From a virus (lineage: Duplodnaviria; Heunggongvirae; Uroviricota; Caudoviricetes), in the IMG/VR virus record IMGVR_UViG_2563366843_000006: a DNA stretch of 10,451 nt. One strand, written 5' to 3'. This document shows, piece after piece, positions 7,269-10,451 of the stretch (within the stretch, counting starts at the first letter, position 1; each line of letters opens with the position of its first letter). The notes under the pieces were generated by a model. That model saw only the letters and a program-made list of their open reading frames with translations. It was not told the origin of the DNA and did no database searches. The position numbers and the translations under genes were made by a program.

Positions 7269-7946
7269 ATGGAAAAAAGAATCGTTTTTTATGATTTTGA
7301 AACTCCTTTTAATCAGGAGCAAATCAGCAAAAGATTGATTGAAAACCAATTTACAAAAGATGCGATCTCAGGTTTTAGTTTACAGAAAAATAATAGTACT
7401 GGGATTTACTTCCGACATATTAAAAAGATTATTAACATTGACGTTGTGTTAACACCTTTTGGTGAAGAATATGAAAATACCACAATCGCCTACGCTACCA
7501 ATGAGGTGAAAATAACTGATAAGTCTCTTCGTATAATTAACCCATCTAGAACACTTGCTCCCTTTCGAACAGATTTGGTGAAGTCTCTAGACTTTCAGTG
7601 CACTATAAGTAATAAGAATATAGAATTAAGTCCACTATTGTTATCTTTGAGAGAAAGGAATGTTAATATCAACTTGACTGATATTGAACTTACTACATAT
7701 GACCTCTTTAAGGATTCTCGAGTTAAAATGGTCATTTCTTCTAATAGTGATTTAATTGGCAAAGCAGAATCCTATTTAAATAATGTTAAGTCCAACATCA
7801 CAAAAATAGGTTTTTCTTTATTGTTTAATGGTGATTATTATTTTGTTGAAATTGGTTGTAAAGGTTCATTGAAAATATCAGGGGATTTAATAGAGGATAA
7901 TTTGGAATATTATATTATTAATGAAATTCTATCTTTAGATGCTTAA
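7269..7946 (+). CDS. Hypothetical protein C of AT-rich three-gene operon (225 aa from ATG 7269; 230 aa if ATG 7254 is used)
   Basis: ORF directly abutting the gene B stop (TAA 7251-7253). GGGGGA at 7256-7261 is 7 nt upstream of ATG 7269, favouring that start. AT-rich codon usage like A and B; followed by a terminator at 8027-8057. Confidence 0.75.
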   Translation: MEKRIVFYDFETPFNQEQISKRLIENQFTKDAISGFSLQKNNSTGIYFRHIKKIINIDVVLTPFGEEYENTTIAYATNEVKITDKSLRIINPSRTLAPFRTDLVKSLDFQCTISNKNIELSPLLLSLRERNVNINLTDIELTTYDLFKDSRVKMVISSNSDLIGKAESYLNNVKSNITKIGFSLLFNGDYYFVEIGCKGSLKISGDLIEDNLEYYIINEILSLDA

Positions 7947-8026
7947 CCGCCTTGCTGTTGTGGGGGAAGTTTGAAAGTTAATATTTATTAACAAACATAT
8001 TGTTTTTATACCGTTTTTTAAAAAAA

Positions 8027-8057
8027 AGAGTCGAGACTTAAAGCGGCTCTTTTTTTA
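8027..8057 (+). terminator. Intrinsic terminator closing the three-gene operon (possibly bidirectional)
   Basis: Stem AGAGTCG (8027-8033) / CGGCTCT (8044-8050) including one G-U pair, 10-nt loop, then TTTTTTT (8051-8057); A-tract immediately upstream. Confidence 0.5.
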
Positions 8058-8343
8058 TTAGTTGTTGGGTTGAATTGAATTTTAAAATAAGTTCCTGCAA
8101 TAAGAACGAACCAAGTAAACGATCTGGAAATTATTAATCTTTTCCTCCCGATGAAGATTCTTCTGAGTGCGGATCAAAGTAACTTAACGTTACTTTCCTC
8201 ACCAACACAAAGTAAAAAGGTATTTTTTAAATGTAAAATAGTCAAATCCGACGAAAAGTATAAATTAATATACTTGATTTGTTCCTGTTATTTCCTGGCC
8301 AACCTGCAACAATTGGAAGTGGCAACTAAAATTTGCTATGTAT

Positions 8344-8410
8344 ATGTTCGCTTGTCGCTGTGCGTCCATCGATTGAACTCACAGCACATAACAGACATTC
8401 ACTACAGTTA
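8344..8410. repeat. Right copy of the imperfect inverted repeat bracketing the cargo operon (core TTGAACTCACAGCACATA at 8373-8390, the reverse complement of 4881-4898)
   Basis: See left copy. The two copies face each other across about 3.4 kb containing only the three AT-rich genes and their terminator. Confidence 0.65.
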
Positions 8411-8762
8411 TGGTAGAAGGTATGCATGCTGGGTGGGGAAAGTATGAAGGAAAAGAAGACTGCTGCGCCGTTTGTCGTCACATTTATCTTCATTGGCTAT
8501 GCAAGTCGTAATACAAGGTGGGACAAAACAGAGACACATAAGGTCTCACAAAGGTCTGCAAGGCCTCACATGTATTGAGATGTTAATAAAATGTAGACTT
8601 GTAATTTGGATATAAATGGTAGAGAAAACCTTTCCCCAAAATAAAAACGAACGTCAATGAAATCAAACGGTTGAATAAAGTTGATTTTGGCTAATAAAAA
8701 AACAATAAAATAATTTTTATCATTAAATATCAATGACTTGAACTTAATGTTTTTATATACTG

Positions 8763-8924
8763 CTGCGCCATATGGGCTGGACTGAAGCCGCAGACTTGAT
8801 TGTTAAAGGTATGGAAGGCGCAATCAATGCGAAGACCGTAACCTATGATTTCGAACGTCTGATGGAAGGTGCTAAACTGCTGAAATGCAGCGAGTTTGGT
8901 GATGCGATCATCAAGAACATGTAA
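8763..8924 (+). pseudogene. icd: Orphan 3' fragment of isocitrate dehydrogenase gene (last ~54 codons, icdC-like), marking the prophage/host junction (attR side)
   Basis: In-frame translation [53 protein letters not shown] matches my recollection of the E. coli Icd C-terminus. No icd sequence upstream, where unrelated AT-rich DNA begins at about 8760. Followed by a strong terminator. Confidence 0.85.
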
Positions 8925-8947
8925 TTACTACATGTGTTAAATATTGT

Positions 8948-8979
8948 AACGGGCGTATAACACGCCCGTTGTTTTATTT
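8948..8979 (+). terminator. icd intrinsic terminator (could also serve convergent iraM)
   Basis: Perfect 9-bp stem AACGGGCGT (8948-8956) / ACGCCCGTT (8962-8970), loop ATAAC, then GTTTTATTT. Confidence 0.75.
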
Positions 8980-9026
8980 ATGTGGATATTATTAATATCA
9001 TGTCGAGAATATTTATATGAAGGCCA

Positions 9027-9350
9027 TTACTTGAGTCCATATGGGCATATTTTTATAATACAACTATTATGTAAACATTTATTTGTTATTTCGCTTTCTC
9101 CTGGAGGACACTCTTGACTGCTTTTGAGTAAACTCCATAAATTCTTGTTGAATGGTGCAATGTTATAAATAGTAATAGGATATTCTTTATCCTCAAGGAT
9201 AATACCAGGCTTAACCGGTGTAAATATACTTCCAGGAGGAAGAAATATAGTAGATTGATACCAGATGATCATTTTCATATCACCCCATATGGCTGAAAAA
9301 GATATGCCGCATGTAGGTTGAATTACCGTGTCAATTACTACCCACTTCAT
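9027..9350 (-). CDS. iraM: Anti-adaptor protein IraM (RssB inhibitor stabilising RpoS)
   Basis: 107-aa [46 protein letters not shown]...CPYGLK closely matches my recollection of E. coli IraM (YcgW). Located next to the icd remnant as in E. coli K-12; long AT-rich upstream region. Confidence 0.8.
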   Translation of the reverse strand: MKWVVIDTVIQPTCGISFSAIWGDMKMIIWYQSTIFLPPGSIFTPVKPGIILEDKEYPITIYNIAPFNKNLWSLLKSSQECPPGESEITNKCLHNSCIIKICPYGLK

Positions 9351-9788
9351 TTGTTATGTCTTATCCCACGGTATTTAATATAGTTCATTTGGATGTTCAT
9401 TTCTTTATTTTGCATATGAGTATATTACCCTTCAAAAAAATAAATTAATTAAAACGATTGCTTATATAAAACAAAATTTAAAGCAAGTAATCTCAATAGA
9501 GATTAAACAAAATGAGATTTAGTGAAAACATTAAATCATTCACTTCGTTTTAGATTTGTTTAGTTAAAATGTTATACATTCAAATGACTGAACATCCTGT
9601 AATTAAAACATAGCCTTTATGCTACTTTGCGCTAATTTGCTAAACATTATGATTGGCCTTTTTATATAACGATAATGATGAATATAAGCATGACATGAGA
9701 ATAAGGTTTCAATTTTTGAGTTATATAGGAATGATTTAACCTGTTCCTGGCTAAAATACATATAACCGGATGATGACTAAACCAAAAC

Positions 9789-9840
9789 ACATGTGCGTTA
9801 AGTATTGAAACGGACGTATGGCACGCCCGTTGTTTTTATA
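9789..9840 (+). repeat. Degenerate second copy of the icd 3'-flank/terminator segment (direct repeat of 8930-8980)
   Basis: ACATGTG(C)GTTAAGTATTGAAACGGACGTATGGCACGCCCGTTGTTTTT aligns with ACATGTGTTAAATATTGTAACGGGCGTATAACACGCCCGTTGTTTTA at roughly 85% identity; the hairpin carries one stem mismatch (A9814). Confidence 0.6.
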
Positions 9841-10046
9841 AATATGTTAACCGTTATAAAATAACGTATAGAAAGTCAAGTAATCACATTTCAAATATCA
9901 ATTTGATAGTATTGATCTGGTGATTATTTATGGGTGGCAATAAAAAGATAGTATTACTCATCCATATGAATAGTCTCTGCACTTTTATTTCCATTATGCT
10001 AATGCCTTACTGAATTATGAAGTATTTTTTAAGCATCCAACTTTAG

Positions 10047-10451
10047 CTAGATTAATGGTTTATTATTTTCTACATCTTCAATATATAAAAGCGTATTATC
10101 AATGGCGTAGTAACTGCGTTTGTTATGATTAACATCAGTAACCCACCGGAAAACGCCCGCGTCTGCCAGTGTTGAACAGTATTCCCGAAATGTTGATTTT
10201 CCGCAAATATGAAGCAATGCGGCCTCTTTTATTTTAGCAGGGTTCTTGGTCGTACTAACTTTTAACAGGTTCCTGGTTCCTCTTAATAACAAAACCGTGT
10301 CATCGTGAGTAATAATTCTGATGTTATCCGTAGCCAGATAATAAATGTAATGTGCAATACGGTGATGTTTTAATTCTGAATAAAACCAGGAGAAGTTTTG
10401 CTCTTTTCTCACTTGCTCAAACATCTTTTGAAAAACAACAACCTGATCCAT
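10047..10451 (-). CDS. ycgX: Hypothetical protein, likely YcgX-like (DUF1398 family); start codon lies at the window edge
   Basis: 134-aa ORF with ATG at 10449-10451 (minus strand) and stop at 10047-10049. Assignment rests on synteny downstream of iraM in E. coli K-12 and on protein size; the sequence itself was not recognised with certainty. Confidence 0.5.
   Translation of the reverse strand: MDQVVVFQKMFEQVRKEQNFSWFYSELKHHRIAHYIYYLATDNIRIITHDDTVLLLRGTRNLLKVSTTKNPAKIKEAALLHICGKSTFREYCSTLADAGVFRWVTDVNHNKRSYYAIDNTLLYIEDVENNKPLI

Larger units (their letters stand above)
1..8762. mobile_element. Right arm of a lambdoid prophage (lom, stf, fibre accessory genes, AT-rich cargo), partial; the left part lies outside the window. 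Right boundary is approximate, at the junction with the icd 3' fragment.
   Basis: Lambda-like lom-stf gene order on the + strand running toward an orphan icd 3' fragment, as expected for the attR side of a prophage integrated in icd (e14 / phage 21 type site). Abrupt change in gene content after about 8760. Confidence 0.7.

Noticed and set aside
8176-8196. Perfect 8-bp palindrome AAAGTAAC-TTAAC-GTTACTTT
   Set aside because: Isolated short hairpin with no T-tract or adjacent gene; about one such stem is expected by chance in 10 kb of AT-rich DNA.
4851-8410. Possibility that the inverted repeats are DNA-invertase crossover sites (Hin/Gin/Pin-type host-range switch)
   Set aside because: No invertase gene in the window, the repeats do not resemble the 26-bp hix/gix-type sites as I recall them, and the enclosed genes are not tail-fibre C-terminal cassettes.
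9351-9700. Search for a clean PhoP box (direct TGTTTA repeats with 5-nt spacing) upstream of iraM
   Set aside because: Only imperfect candidates (for example TGTTTAG...TGTTATA near 9558-9580) with non-canonical spacing; cannot be supported by eye.
1-10451. CRISPR arrays, tRNA or rRNA genes
   Set aside because: No regularly spaced direct repeats with unique spacers and no tRNA- or rRNA-like sequence were recognised anywhere in the window.

Overview
This window is the right arm of a lambdoid prophage inserted in the 3' end of icd, followed by host chromosome (icd 3' remnant, iraM, putative ycgX). All calls are by eye from the sequence and memory of protein families; no searches were run. Left to right: lom; a mosaic side tail fibre gene stf with an internal 189-bp tandem repeat; a coupled 93-aa ORF; a 346-aa fibre-like protein with a C-terminal intramolecular-chaperone (peptidase S74-like) domain; and a small membrane protein. 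Then comes a very AT-rich (roughly 30% G+C by eye) three-gene operon (5158-7946) with tightly coupled ORFs of unknown function. It sits in the tail-fibre-to-attR cargo slot and is bracketed by ~70-80-bp imperfect inverted repeats (4851-4927 and 8344-8410). This cassette is the best candidate for a novel accessory or anti-phage system. The prophage ends near 8759, where a ~54-codon icd 3' fragment and its terminator begin. iraM is itself bracketed by two direct copies of the icd terminator segment. No rRNA, tRNA or CRISPR array was seen.
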